Origin: an uncultured Hyphomicrobiales bacterium
Lineage (GTDB): Bacteria; Bacteroidota; Ignavibacteria; Kapaibacteriales; UBA2268
Assembly: GCA_964637845.1 (NCBI GenBank)
Contig: CAZWXI010000002.1
Coordinates: 28,667-92,666 of the forward strand
Direction: 5' to 3'
DNA length: 64,000 bases
Positions 20,395 to 30,039 of this stretch are shown here, piece by piece (the stretch's first letter is position 1; each line of letters starts with the position of its first letter). Position numbers and translations under genes: made by a program. The notes below the pieces were generated by a model that was given only the letters and a program-made list of their open reading frames with translations, was not told where the DNA came from and did no database searches.

Positions 20395-21786
20395 TTAATT
20401 TTTTAAGTTAAATAATTCATCTTCTACTTTGATAGCCGTAAGCACAGCATTTGCTTTGGCTGAATCACGCTTCATCAAATATGCTTGATAAAGATTATCG
20501 GCGATTCGAGTTCTAATCTGGTGACGCATAGAACTGTCGTTAACCTGAAACCATGCTTTTTGCTCAAAATATATTGCCAATCCGTTGATTACAAGAGTCG
20601 GATTAGTGATTGTATCTCCGACAATCTTATCCAATCTTTTTTGAAGTAATTTATAAATATATTCAGAATGGTCACTCGGTTGTGTTTCAGCACTATCCTC
20701 CCTTGATTTTGCAAATGTTGCGTCAATTTGGGAACTTAAATATAATACTGTAGCAGGGTCGCTAAAATCATAAACTTTATATTCAAGCGGAAATGGTGGT
20801 CTGATTTTAATTTCAATATCATCAGGTCTGTTGCCAAATCCATTAGCTCTGAGATTCCTAATAAATTCATGAATTTTTGACGCACTTAAATTAGTTTCGG
20901 CTAACGCTATTGCTCCTCTGATTATTACCTCACCCGGTAAACCACTGATTCTATCAAAATTATTCAAAATCATTTGTTTCATGAATTGCGCTTGATTGTA
21001 AACTCTCTGAAAATCGTCTCCGCCTAAAGCTTGTCGAGAGCGTAACACTCTCAGGGTTGATTTCGGATTCTCGTGTCCAAACCATTCTATAAATCCCATA
21101 GCTTGCGAAAATCCGAATTCTACCCAAAAATGAATCTTATCTAAGCCGGCAATCGACGCTAATTCGCTCAGATAGTAATCCCTGCCTTTTGCGCCGCGTA
21201 CATTAGATAATTTATTGAATCCCGTTGTGTCATCATATCCCGCATCAGCATAGGTATCTCGAGGAATTGAAAAAATCTCGATTTTACCATTATCAATTAA
21301 AATTGAGATAACGTGATTTGCATCTGCATGCTTATAGCGTTCTCCAAGTCTTGAGTCAACCCCGGTTACGGCAATGTTAATTCTTCGTCCGGCGTAAACC
21401 TTTTTAACGTATTTGCCCGCATCAACATCGAATTCAATTTCTAGTTTATAGCCGGGGTCATAGCTTAAATTAATAATTTTAATGTTTGAATCTATTTCGG
21501 GTATGATTGATTTGATAAAAGCTGTGTCTAATATTTTGAGCGTATCCGTGATGGCGTCGCTCGAATCAAATGTTAATTTTGAATAAATTGAACGCAGGTC
21601 GCTTGCTTTTGCAAATTTATCACCAAACGTCAGATAAAACATAAGGGATAGGCTACCGACTGTTGCTACAATTAGAAACAATGCAAGCAAAAGCATCCAT
21701 TTTATTTTGATTTTTTTACCCAATTCAATAGTTACTATTGCAAAAAATTTACAAACTTTGCAAATTATTAACAAATTTAGCTTCAA
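20395..21786 (-). CDS. LytR-CpsA-Psr (LCP) family protein, membrane anchored
   Basis: INIAVTGVDSRLGERYKHADANHVISILIDNGKIEIFSIPRDTYA matches the LCP core (G.D.R...D..i....ipRD). One N-terminal TM helix (LLLALFLIVATVGSLSLMFYL). The track start is TTG at 21786; ATG at 21696 or an internal TTG is equally plausible. Confidence 0.65.
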   Translation of the reverse strand: MKLNLLIICKVCKFFAIVTIELGKKIKIKWMLLLALFLIVATVGSLSLMFYLTFGDKFAKASDLRSIYSKLTFDSSDAITDTLKILDTAFIKSIIPEIDSNIKIINLSYDPGYKLEIEFDVDAGKYVKKVYAGRRINIAVTGVDSRLGERYKHADANHVISILIDNGKIEIFSIPRDTYADAGYDDTTGFNKLSNVRGAKGRDYYLSELASIAGLDKIHFWVEFGFSQAMGFIEWFGHENPKSTLRVLRSRQALGGDDFQRVYNQAQFMKQMILNNFDRISGLPGEVIIRGAIALAETNLSASKIHEFIRNLRANGFGNRPDDIEIKIRPPFPLEYKVYDFSDPATVLYLSSQIDATFAKSREDSAETQPSDHSEYIYKLLQKRLDKIVGDTITNPTLVINGLAIYFEQKAWFQVNDSSMRHQIRTRIADNLYQAYLMKRDSAKANAVLTAIKVEDELFNLKN

Positions 21787-21890
21787 ATATAATCAATTTT
21801 ATTTTTTTAGCTTTATTTACAAATTTTGGTAATAAATTTGCATTCATTTTTCTAAGCGATTGTTAATCTTTGCAACAATGAGGATCATTT

Positions 21891-22697
21891 ATGGGGAAAA
21901 ATAAAAAAAACCATAAAAACACTCGAATGGATCAAAGTATCTATGAAAAAGAACTTGAAAGACTTCAACTCGAGTTAGTGAAATTACAATATTGGATTAA
22001 AAAAGAAGGATTGAAAGTTTGTATCTTATTCGAAGGGCGTGATGCTGCTGGAAAAGGCGGAATAATAAAAAGAATTCATGAACCGCTTAATCCGCGTGGT
22101 GCAAAAATAGTTGCTTTACCAAAACCTACCGAAAGAGAGCAAACTCAATGGTATTTCCAACGCTATATAGAACATCTTCCCGCAGGAGGTGAAATAGTAA
22201 TATTCGACAGAAGCTGGTATAATCGGGCAGGCGTGGAGCATGTAATGAGATTTTGCTCAAAGGAAGAATATGATGAATTCATTAGGTCATGCCCCGAATT
22301 CGAAAAAATGCTCGTCAGGTCCGGTATCATTTTACTAAAATATTGGATTACTGTCGATGAAGACGAGCAGGAGAAACGCTTTCGCGAACGAGCGACCGAT
22401 CCCTCGAAGAGATGGAAACTTTCCGAGATTGATATAGCTTCCTGGGGTAAGTGGGAAGCTTATTCTCGTGCGAAAGACATAATGATTCGTATGACCGACA
22501 TACCTGAGTCACCTTGGTACAATGTTGATTGTAATGATAAACGCCGCGGTAAACTGAATTGTATCGTTCACCTGCTTGGTCAAATTCCATATCGAGATGT
22601 TACTCCGCCTTCTTTGGAATTGCCGGCAAGAACAATTGATAACACTTATGTCCGTCCGCCAAAGCAAGAAATTAGATATGTCCCGGAGATATATTAA
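21891..22697 (+). CDS. ppk2: Polyphosphate kinase 2 (single-domain PPK2)
   Basis: ILFEGRDAAGKGG Walker A, FDRSWYNRAGVE, and the lid region KRWKLSEIDI. Confidence 0.9.
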   Translation: MGKNKKNHKNTRMDQSIYEKELERLQLELVKLQYWIKKEGLKVCILFEGRDAAGKGGIIKRIHEPLNPRGAKIVALPKPTEREQTQWYFQRYIEHLPAGGEIVIFDRSWYNRAGVEHVMRFCSKEEYDEFIRSCPEFEKMLVRSGIILLKYWITVDEDEQEKRFRERATDPSKRWKLSEIDIASWGKWEAYSRAKDIMIRMTDIPESPWYNVDCNDKRRGKLNCIVHLLGQIPYRDVTPPSLELPARTIDNTYVRPPKQEIRYVPEIY

Positions 22698-22698
22698 C

Positions 22699-22724
22699 GA
22701 AAAAAAGGGGCTTACGCCCCTTAT
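22699..22724. terminator. Bidirectional intrinsic terminator between ppk2 and tRNA-fMet
   Basis: 7-bp stem AAGGGGC (22705-22711) / GCCCCTT (22716-22722) with a TTAC loop. On the minus strand the GC stem is followed by a run of seven T (strong, serves the tRNA). On the plus strand it is followed by TTATTT (weaker, serves ppk2). Confidence 0.65.
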
Positions 22725-22727
22725 TTG

Positions 22728-22799
<72 letters not shown>

Positions 22800-22875
22800 A
22801 TGTTTGAACTACAAAAATAGTATTTTTTTGTGAATTTACCAAATCTTATTTAATAGTTTGTTAACAATTAATCCG

Positions 22876-25800
22876 ATGACTACATTTACCGAAGAACAAA
22901 ACTCGGCATTTAACTATAAAATGCATATTTCCGTAAATGCTAACGCAGGTTCGGGTAAAACTCAAGTACTTACCGAAAGGTATTTGAGAATTATTCTGAA
23001 AGAATTTGCATCAGACAACAAAAATATACATTCCGTCGTAGCAATCACTTTCACCCGACTTGCCGCTCAGGAAATGAAGACTCGTATCATTAAAAGAATA
23101 GAAAATTTAATAAATGATTTTAATGATGAAATCAAAGAATATTACCAAACTGAATTAAATTCTCTCAAAAGCATTCGCGAAAAAATCAGTGCTGCACCGA
23201 TTCTGACAATACACAGCTTTTGCAATATATTGCTCCGAGAATTTCCTATAGAAGCCGGCATATCGCCAAATTATACCGAGCTTGACGAATACGATAGCTA
23301 CATACTTAAGCAAAATATTATTGATGAAGTCATAGAGGATGTTTATTTCGATATAAGCAGCCATAAACGCTCTTACGAATTTATTTCAAAATATGGTGTC
23401 AATCCAACTAAGGAATACCTTAAATCTTTGACCGACTCTAAAGAAAAATTTAATGAGATATTCTCAATTTACTGCCAAGAATCAGAGTTGCTTTGTAACC
23501 AAGTTGACGACTTCTTCCTAAACCTTTTGTATGATTACTTCGGTAAACTCAAATTATTCAGGGGATCACCAGGCTTAGAACAAGTCAAACCGGAAGATGA
23601 TGCTGTTATCATCAGCATTATAAACCAACTCGAAGAGCAAAAATTAGGGATTGATGATTTTATAAATTTTTTCCAATTAATTGATAAATTCAAGATTTCA
23701 CGAAAAAACTTTACGAATGCATTTGATAGTTACGTGTCGAATAATTTTCCAAAGTTTGCTCGACATAAAATCAAAGACTTAATTAGAGATGTTCTTCCAA
23801 ATCGAAAGTATCAGAATCAATATTTTGAGGACGTCAAAGTACTTGTTAATTTAGGAAAATCTGTTCTTGATAAAATGCTCGAATATCAGCATGATGAATC
23901 AAAATATGATTTTGACGATTCGATGATATTGACCCTCGAAATGCTTGAGCGAAATGATTTTGACGTCAGGAGTAAGATTGCTTCGCGAATTAAATATTTG
24001 ATGGTTGACGAATTTCAAGATACCAATGAACTACAGTACAGAATAATTCGAAACATTATTTCCGCTCTGAACGAAAATTCCGATAAAAATTCTATATCAG
24101 ACAATAACCTATTCATTGTTGGTGACCCTAAACAAAGCATATATGGCTTTCGCTCGGCAGATGTAAAAGTCTTCGGTAAAGCAACTGATAATATCGTTGA
24201 ATTCAATAAATCAGCTACGAATGAACCTTCAGGCGATATTAATCTTTCAGTTACCTTTAGATTACGTCCGATACTTATCGCGTTTATCAACACTATTTTT
24301 GGTAAACTAATGAGTTGCGAACGTGACTCAGAATACGATGTTAATTATTCTCCCTTCATTTGCGGCAGAATGATAGATGAAATGCACGAACATTTAACAA
24401 ATACTGACTTCCTCGATGAACGCTTTGGTTCAATACACTATTTATTCGCTCTTAAAGAGAATGAAAATGAACTAAATGAAATTGAGAATCAACTTACATC
24501 AAAGGAAGACCGATTAATCATCAATTTCATAACCAAAGTAGCAAACGGCGAGATTAATTTAACGGTAAAAGGCGATGACGGCACAGAAAGAACTCCAAAT
24601 TTAGCTGATATTGCCATACTTTGCAGGAAAAAGAAGAGCATCACAAAATTAGCCCAAAGTTTCAATCAGGCACAAATTCCTTATATCATTACATCTGGTC
24701 AAGGTTTTTACGAAACTGAAGAAGTTTTGGATATCATAACTTTTCTTGCATTTATTAATAATCAGGCCGACGATTTGCTATTAGCTTCATTATTGAGGTC
24801 ACCCATGTTTGGACTTCCTGATTCAACCATTTTAAGAATTTCGAGAGTTTCCAGAGAGCAAAATCTTTTCAAAAAACTCTTAATTGCATCTGAATCAGAA
24901 GAATTTTCAGAAAAATTTAAAATTCATCGTGCTGTTAACATCTTAAATTCATTTTTGCAAAGTACCATTGAAGTGCCAATTCCACGATTAATTAATAGGA
25001 TAGTTGCTGAAACTGCATATTTGGGGGTTTGGCACAACAAGCAACTTTACAACAAAGTGAAAGCAAATTTAAACCAACTTGTAAGCTTTGCCGTAAATTT
25101 TGAAAAGAAAGGTTTCAATGGCTTATATGATTTCATAGTACAATTTGAATTACTGTCACAAATATCTCGCGAAAAAGAAGCATCGTTCAATACTGATGCA
25201 GAAGCAGTCAAGTTAATGACATGTCATGCATCAAAGGGTCTGGAATTTCCAATTGTCATAATTTATGAGATGAACTCACAAACAGGCGGAAATAACACAA
25301 TCCAAATCAATAAAGACTATGGAATCAGCATACCATTCAAAGCAGTAACGGATGAAAACACCACTATTCCTTACAAGATAGATGTGCCGCCTCGCAAATA
25401 TGTATCTATCATGAATAATTATGCTGAATATGCCGAATCCAAAAGACTTTTGTATGTAGCAACAACTCGTGCCAAAGACCACTTAGTTTTATCAGGTTTA
25501 TTTAAACTTAATAATGACAAAAGCTTTTCAGCAAAAGGATTTGCCGAACTTTTTCAAATTACTGACGAAGCATTTACACCGGCTGAATTATTACGCATGC
25601 ACGAGAGCGGTGCGCCGCTTGTCAAGAAAATTTTTTCTGCCGAGCAAAGAGTATATCACAACGGACAAACCAGTCCCACACCTGTAAAATTTGACTACGA
25701 AGTCAATTTCAGGTTTGAATCAGATGTTCCTCTTAACCAGTCATTAATTTATCAGAAAAAAAATGAGGCAATAAGCAAAGAGCTTATGCTTGAGCATTTA

Positions 25801-26544
25801 ATACCCGATGATGAACAAATTGTGTTTATCTCCGCTTCTAAATATGCACTATTCAAAAAGTCACCACAATCATATATAGATAAATACATACTTGGTTTAG
25901 AGGAAGACCCCGAAACTCTTGAATTGCCTGATACAAATTTTATTGACGAGAGAAACGACACTCCGGGAAACATTGTTGGGTTAGTTCTACACCATGTTTT
26001 TGAACATTTGCATAATTGGCTCAATGAACAAGGGGTAAATAGAGATAAACTATATGAACAATGCAATGAATCAGCCCGAAAATTTTATATCAAAAACAGC
26101 TATATCATCAATGAAATCTTCGAGCAAATGATTTCAGTTACAATGCAAGATATATTCAAAAACAATTTGAATAAAATCTTGCATGCAAAACGCGAATTAG
26201 TCCTCAATATGCCATATAGAGCAGGATTTTTGACAGGTGTTGTTGATTTGCTTATTGTCAATGAAAATGGCGAAATTGAAATTTGGGATTGGAAGTCTAA
26301 TTTGGTAAACGATGATGAGATTGATGAACTAATATCAAGTTATATGCCTCAACTTGATTTCTACTCCTACTTGATTTCTCGCCTCTATCCCGATACTCAA
26401 TCAATAACATGTCGTCTTATTTTCACAAATCTTTCCATGAAAAACGATCCAAAATGGCACTACGCTCATAAAATAAAAAGACAAGAGATAGAAAGTATCT
26501 TGGAATCAATAGAAATGGAGTTTGACGAAATTTTATTACTTTAA
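22876..26544 (+). CDS. UvrD/AddA-type ATP-dependent helicase with C-terminal PD-(D/E)XK nuclease domain
   Basis: Walker A NANAGSGKTQVL, motif II MVDEFQDTN, VGDPKQSIYGFR, CHASKGLEF, YVATTRAKDHL. C-terminal nuclease-like GVVDLLIV...EIWDWKSN. Start placed at ATG 22876 (MTTFTEEQ) rather than the track TTG at 22858. Confidence 0.8.
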   Translation: MTTFTEEQNSAFNYKMHISVNANAGSGKTQVLTERYLRIILKEFASDNKNIHSVVAITFTRLAAQEMKTRIIKRIENLINDFNDEIKEYYQTELNSLKSIREKISAAPILTIHSFCNILLREFPIEAGISPNYTELDEYDSYILKQNIIDEVIEDVYFDISSHKRSYEFISKYGVNPTKEYLKSLTDSKEKFNEIFSIYCQESELLCNQVDDFFLNLLYDYFGKLKLFRGSPGLEQVKPEDDAVIISIINQLEEQKLGIDDFINFFQLIDKFKISRKNFTNAFDSYVSNNFPKFARHKIKDLIRDVLPNRKYQNQYFEDVKVLVNLGKSVLDKMLEYQHDESKYDFDDSMILTLEMLERNDFDVRSKIASRIKYLMVDEFQDTNELQYRIIRNIISALNENSDKNSISDNNLFIVGDPKQSIYGFRSADVKVFGKATDNIVEFNKSATNEPSGDINLSVTFRLRPILIAFINTIFGKLMSCERDSEYDVNYSPFICGRMIDEMHEHLTNTDFLDERFGSIHYLFALKENENELNEIENQLTSKEDRLIINFITKVANGEINLTVKGDDGTERTPNLADIAILCRKKKSITKLAQSFNQAQIPYIITSGQGFYETEEVLDIITFLAFINNQADDLLLASLLRSPMFGLPDSTILRISRVSREQNLFKKLLIASESEEFSEKFKIHRAVNILNSFLQSTIEVPIPRLINRIVAETAYLGVWHNKQLYNKVKANLNQLVSFAVNFEKKGFNGLYDFIVQFELLSQISREKEASFNTDAEAVKLMTCHASKGLEFPIVIIYEMNSQTGGNNTIQINKDYGISIPFKAVTDENTTIPYKIDVPPRKYVSIMNNYAEYAESKRLLYVATTRAKDHLVLSGLFKLNNDKSFSAKGFAELFQITDEAFTPAELLRMHESGAPLVKKIFSAEQRVYHNGQTSPTPVKFDYEVNFRFESDVPLNQSLIYQKKNEAISKELMLEHLIPDDEQIVFISASKYALFKKSPQSYIDKYILGLEEDPETLELPDTNFIDERNDTPGNIVGLVLHHVFEHLHNWLNEQGVNRDKLYEQCNESARKFYIKNSYIINEIFEQMISVTMQDIFKNNLNKILHAKRELVLNMPYRAGFLTGVVDLLIVNENGEIEIWDWKSNLVNDDEIDELISSYMPQLDFYSYLISRLYPDTQSITCRLIFTNLSMKNDPKWHYAHKIKRQEIESILESIEMEFDEILLL

Positions 26545-26583
26545 TATTTATAATTTTTGCAAAATCAAAACTTCGGAGAAACA

Positions 26584-27978
26584 ATGCCAACTCGAATCGA
26601 AAAAGACTCTATGGGCGAAATTGAGGTACCGTCAAATGTATATTGGGGTGCTCAATCAGCTCGCTCTCTAATTCATTTCAATATTGGATTAGAAAAAATG
26701 CCTCGTGAAATTATTCGTGCAATGGGTATATTGAAAAAAGCCGCCGCACACACAAATAATGAACTCGGCATTTTAAGCGATGAAAAGTTAGCTCTTATAA
26801 CCCAAGCTGCCGATGAAGTAATCTCGGGAGAACTTGATGCTCATTTCCCTCTCTCAATTTGGCAAACCGGCTCGGGCACTCAGTCCAATATGAACACCAA
26901 TGAAGTTATAGCTAACAGAGCTATCGAAATTGCAGGTGGCGAGATGGGGAGCAAAAAGCCGATTCACCCGAACGATGACGTTAATAAATCTCAAAGTTCA
27001 AATGATACATTCCCAACGGCAATGCACATAGCTGCTGCTGAGATTATTCATGAAAAATTACTTCCTGCAGTAAAATTGCTTAGAGACACTCTATCTGAAA
27101 AAGCTGAGGAATTTGCTGATATAATAAAAGTTGGCAGGACTCATCTCATGGACGCAGTTCCACTTACACTTGGGCAGGAATTTTCCGGATATGTAAAGCA
27201 ACTTGATAATGCTCTTATTCGTATAAATTCCGTTTTACCCGGGTTGTACGAACTTGCACTTGGCGGTACGGCAGTTGGCACAGGGCTGAACGCACATCCA
27301 GATTTTGCAGTGAAATCAGCCTCAAAAATTGCAATTATTACGGGATTGCCTTTCGTGACCGCCCCTAATAAATTTGAAGCTTTAGCCGCGCATGACGCAC
27401 TTGTCTTCGCACATGGTGCATTAAAAACACTTGCGGCTTCACTCATGAAGATAGCTAACGACATTCGCTGGCTTGCTTCGGGTCCACGTTGCGGTCTCGG
27501 TGAATTGACAATTCCCGAAAATGAACCCGGCTCATCAATCATGCCCGGCAAAGTCAACCCAACTCAGTCAGAAGCCATGACAATGGTTGTTGCGCAGGTT
27601 ATGGGCAATGATGCAACCATCAATTTTGCTGGTACCCAAGGTAATTTCGAACTCAATGTATTCAAACCTGTGATAATATATAATTTCCTGCAAAGTGCCC
27701 GGCTGCTCGCTGATACTTGCATAATGTTCAGTGACCACTGCGCAGTTGGCATTCAACCAAACAAAAATCAAATTAAATATTTTGTTGATAATACTTTAAT
27801 GTTGGTTACTGCTCTCAATCCGCATATTGGCTATGATAATGCTGCAAAAATTGCTAAACACGCTCATAAAAACGGAACGACTCTCAAGCAATCCGCTGTA
27901 GAGTTGGGGATATTGTCAGCCGATGAATTTGATAAATTGATAAACCCCGCAGACATGTTAGGCCCAAATATTAAATAA
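26584..27978 (+). CDS. fumC: Class II fumarate hydratase
   Basis: [28 protein letters not shown] aligns with the E. coli FumC N-terminus. Contains the [16 protein letters not shown] signature. Start at ATG 26584 preceded by GGAGAAACA; the track TTG at 26557 is unlikely. Confidence 0.95.
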   Translation: MPTRIEKDSMGEIEVPSNVYWGAQSARSLIHFNIGLEKMPREIIRAMGILKKAAAHTNNELGILSDEKLALITQAADEVISGELDAHFPLSIWQTGSGTQSNMNTNEVIANRAIEIAGGEMGSKKPIHPNDDVNKSQSSNDTFPTAMHIAAAEIIHEKLLPAVKLLRDTLSEKAEEFADIIKVGRTHLMDAVPLTLGQEFSGYVKQLDNALIRINSVLPGLYELALGGTAVGTGLNAHPDFAVKSASKIAIITGLPFVTAPNKFEALAAHDALVFAHGALKTLAASLMKIANDIRWLASGPRCGLGELTIPENEPGSSIMPGKVNPTQSEAMTMVVAQVMGNDATINFAGTQGNFELNVFKPVIIYNFLQSARLLADTCIMFSDHCAVGIQPNKNQIKYFVDNTLMLVTALNPHIGYDNAAKIAKHAHKNGTTLKQSAVELGILSADEFDKLINPADMLGPNIK

Positions 27979-28022
27979 TTTGATGAAATACTTATAACTT
28001 CCCAACATGAGCACTGATATTT

Positions 28023-29042
28023 ATGCAAGTTTTCAAAAACATATCGCTCAAAGATTATAACACTCTTGCAATAGATTCAATTGCAAGAGAATTTTTTATT
28101 ATCGAAGCTGCTGATGAATTGCGAGAACTTCACAATAGCGGATTTTTCAGGGATTCTTATGTCAAAATTTTAGGTGAGGGTTCAAACATTTTGATTAAAG
28201 ATGCCATTGTTGAATCACCAATTTTAAAAATAAGCAACAAAGGCATCACTTGGAAGGAGATTCATGGGGAAGTATTTGTTACGGCTCAAGCAGGGGAGAA
28301 CTGGCACAACTTTCTCGAGTTTTGTCTCGATAAAGGTTTTCATGGTCTTGAGAATCTCGCATTAATTCCCGGGACAGTTGGTGCAGCACCAATTCAGAAC
28401 ATAGGCGCTTATGGTGTTGAACAATCAGAATGTTTCAATTCTTTAGAAGCATTTTCACTTGAAACAGGTGAGTTCCAAATATATGATTTTGAACATTGTC
28501 ACTTTGGCTATCGTGACTCTTTTTTTAAGAAATATATGGGTAAATTCATCATTACATCGGTAACATATCGCCTTAACACAGTATTCAATCCAGTCATAAA
28601 ATATACAGATATTGTCAAAACTTTTGAAAATGTTGAATCCGAAGCGATAATGCCAAGAGCGTTATTTGACACCATTTGCAGTATTCGCAGAAATAAACTT
28701 CCATATCCCGACAAATTGCCAAATGCCGGAAGTTTTTTCAAAAATCCCCAAATTTCTTATCGACATTATAATAATCTATTGGAAAAATACCCTGATTTGA
28801 GTGGCTTTCAAACTTCAGACGGAATTAAACTACACGCAGGAAAATTGATAGATTTGGTTGGGCTCAAGGGATTTAGGAATCCCAAAAACACTGATGCCGC
28901 AGTTTCGGATAAACACGCTTTGGTGCTTGTGAATTTTGGTAATTCGAGCGGTGAAGATATTCTTGAATTATCCGAGATTATTCGTAGCAAGGTATTGGCA
29001 ATATTCGATATTCATTTAGAGCGGGAAGTCAATTTACTGTAA
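28023..29042 (+). CDS. murB: UDP-N-acetylenolpyruvoylglucosamine reductase
   Basis: LKDYNTLAIDS, ILGEGSNIL, IPGTVGAAPIQNIGAYG, AGSFFKNP, AGKLID; E. coli-type (type I) length. Confidence 0.9.
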   Translation: MQVFKNISLKDYNTLAIDSIAREFFIIEAADELRELHNSGFFRDSYVKILGEGSNILIKDAIVESPILKISNKGITWKEIHGEVFVTAQAGENWHNFLEFCLDKGFHGLENLALIPGTVGAAPIQNIGAYGVEQSECFNSLEAFSLETGEFQIYDFEHCHFGYRDSFFKKYMGKFIITSVTYRLNTVFNPVIKYTDIVKTFENVESEAIMPRALFDTICSIRRNKLPYPDKLPNAGSFFKNPQISYRHYNNLLEKYPDLSGFQTSDGIKLHAGKLIDLVGLKGFRNPKNTDAAVSDKHALVLVNFGNSSGEDILELSEIIRSKVLAIFDIHLEREVNLL

Positions 29043-30039
29043 AAATGTCTCTATTTAATGAGTTAGTCAATATCAAATTAAGAAAAACGGGCATCCATAG
29101 TCTGAGTTCTATCAAATATCCCCCAACAAAGCATACTAAGAAATAGGGCAAAGAAAACAGTAAACTATAAATCGCTATATTTGTTTGCATTTGAGAATTG
29201 AGCCTTGAAATCAACAAAAAACAAACTCCTACAAGAAATGTCAAACCAGCATAATTATATATACTGAATAGATTTGATACTACCGTTACTTCTTGAATGG
29301 TGGATTGTTCGAAACCAAGTATGAGTCTTAGTAGAAAATAAGTAATCAACCAAACGCATATACTTATTATTAAATCTCGTTGAGTATTTCTATCATGAAA
29401 TTTTCCACTTGCGATTATTATCGCACCGTGTACAGCTAATATCAATGCGGAGGATTCGCGATTAGTAGTAGCGATAATCAGTATGATTAAATAGGTAAAA
29501 AAGGAATGGTTATTAGCTTTCTTTAAATGTCGAATCAAAAAATTAACAGCAAGTATGTGCAAAAAATAAGATATGTTGTCGTATGGTACCACTACGAATT
29601 GCGTGATAGCTAATAATGAGTTATAAATCAAGATTTCATTGACTGGGTGTGAGTTATCGCGACTATCATTAGTTTTAGAAATGAAATACAATAAACCTAT
29701 TGATGAAAGCACCGTAAAAATAGTATTAAGCATGAAGTATGACATATATACATGCGATTCAGCTTCGAAAGTATTTGTTATTACGTGGATTTTTTGGACG
29801 GTGTCAAAATCAGCCCTAAAATCTCTCAGCAATTCAAACAAAAATATCATTAAGTATTTGCTCAAAATACGATACTTGTATATGCCTGATTCATACTGCT
29901 CGATATAGCCTGCTTCCGTGAAGCTTCCACTTGTATATGCAGTTGTAAAATAAAAACTGATAATTATTTGAAAAATCAACGGTATGACAATACATAAAGT
30001 CGCAAAAATCAGAATTTTTCTGATTATGTGCATCTTCAT
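29029..30039 (-). CDS. Polytopic integral membrane protein of unknown function (336 aa)
   Basis: About nine hydrophobic helices by eye. The start overlaps the stop of the upstream S8 peptidase gene (ATGA at 30036-30039). No motif recognised. Confidence 0.5.
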   Translation of the reverse strand: MKMHIIRKILIFATLCIVIPLIFQIIISFYFTTAYTSGSFTEAGYIEQYESGIYKYRILSKYLMIFLFELLRDFRADFDTVQKIHVITNTFEAESHVYMSYFMLNTIFTVLSSIGLLYFISKTNDSRDNSHPVNEILIYNSLLAITQFVVVPYDNISYFLHILAVNFLIRHLKKANNHSFFTYLIILIIATTNRESSALILAVHGAIIIASGKFHDRNTQRDLIISICVWLITYFLLRLILGFEQSTIQEVTVVSNLFSIYNYAGLTFLVGVCFLLISRLNSQMQTNIAIYSLLFSLPYFLVCFVGGYLIELRLWMPVFLNLILTNSLNRDIFTVN

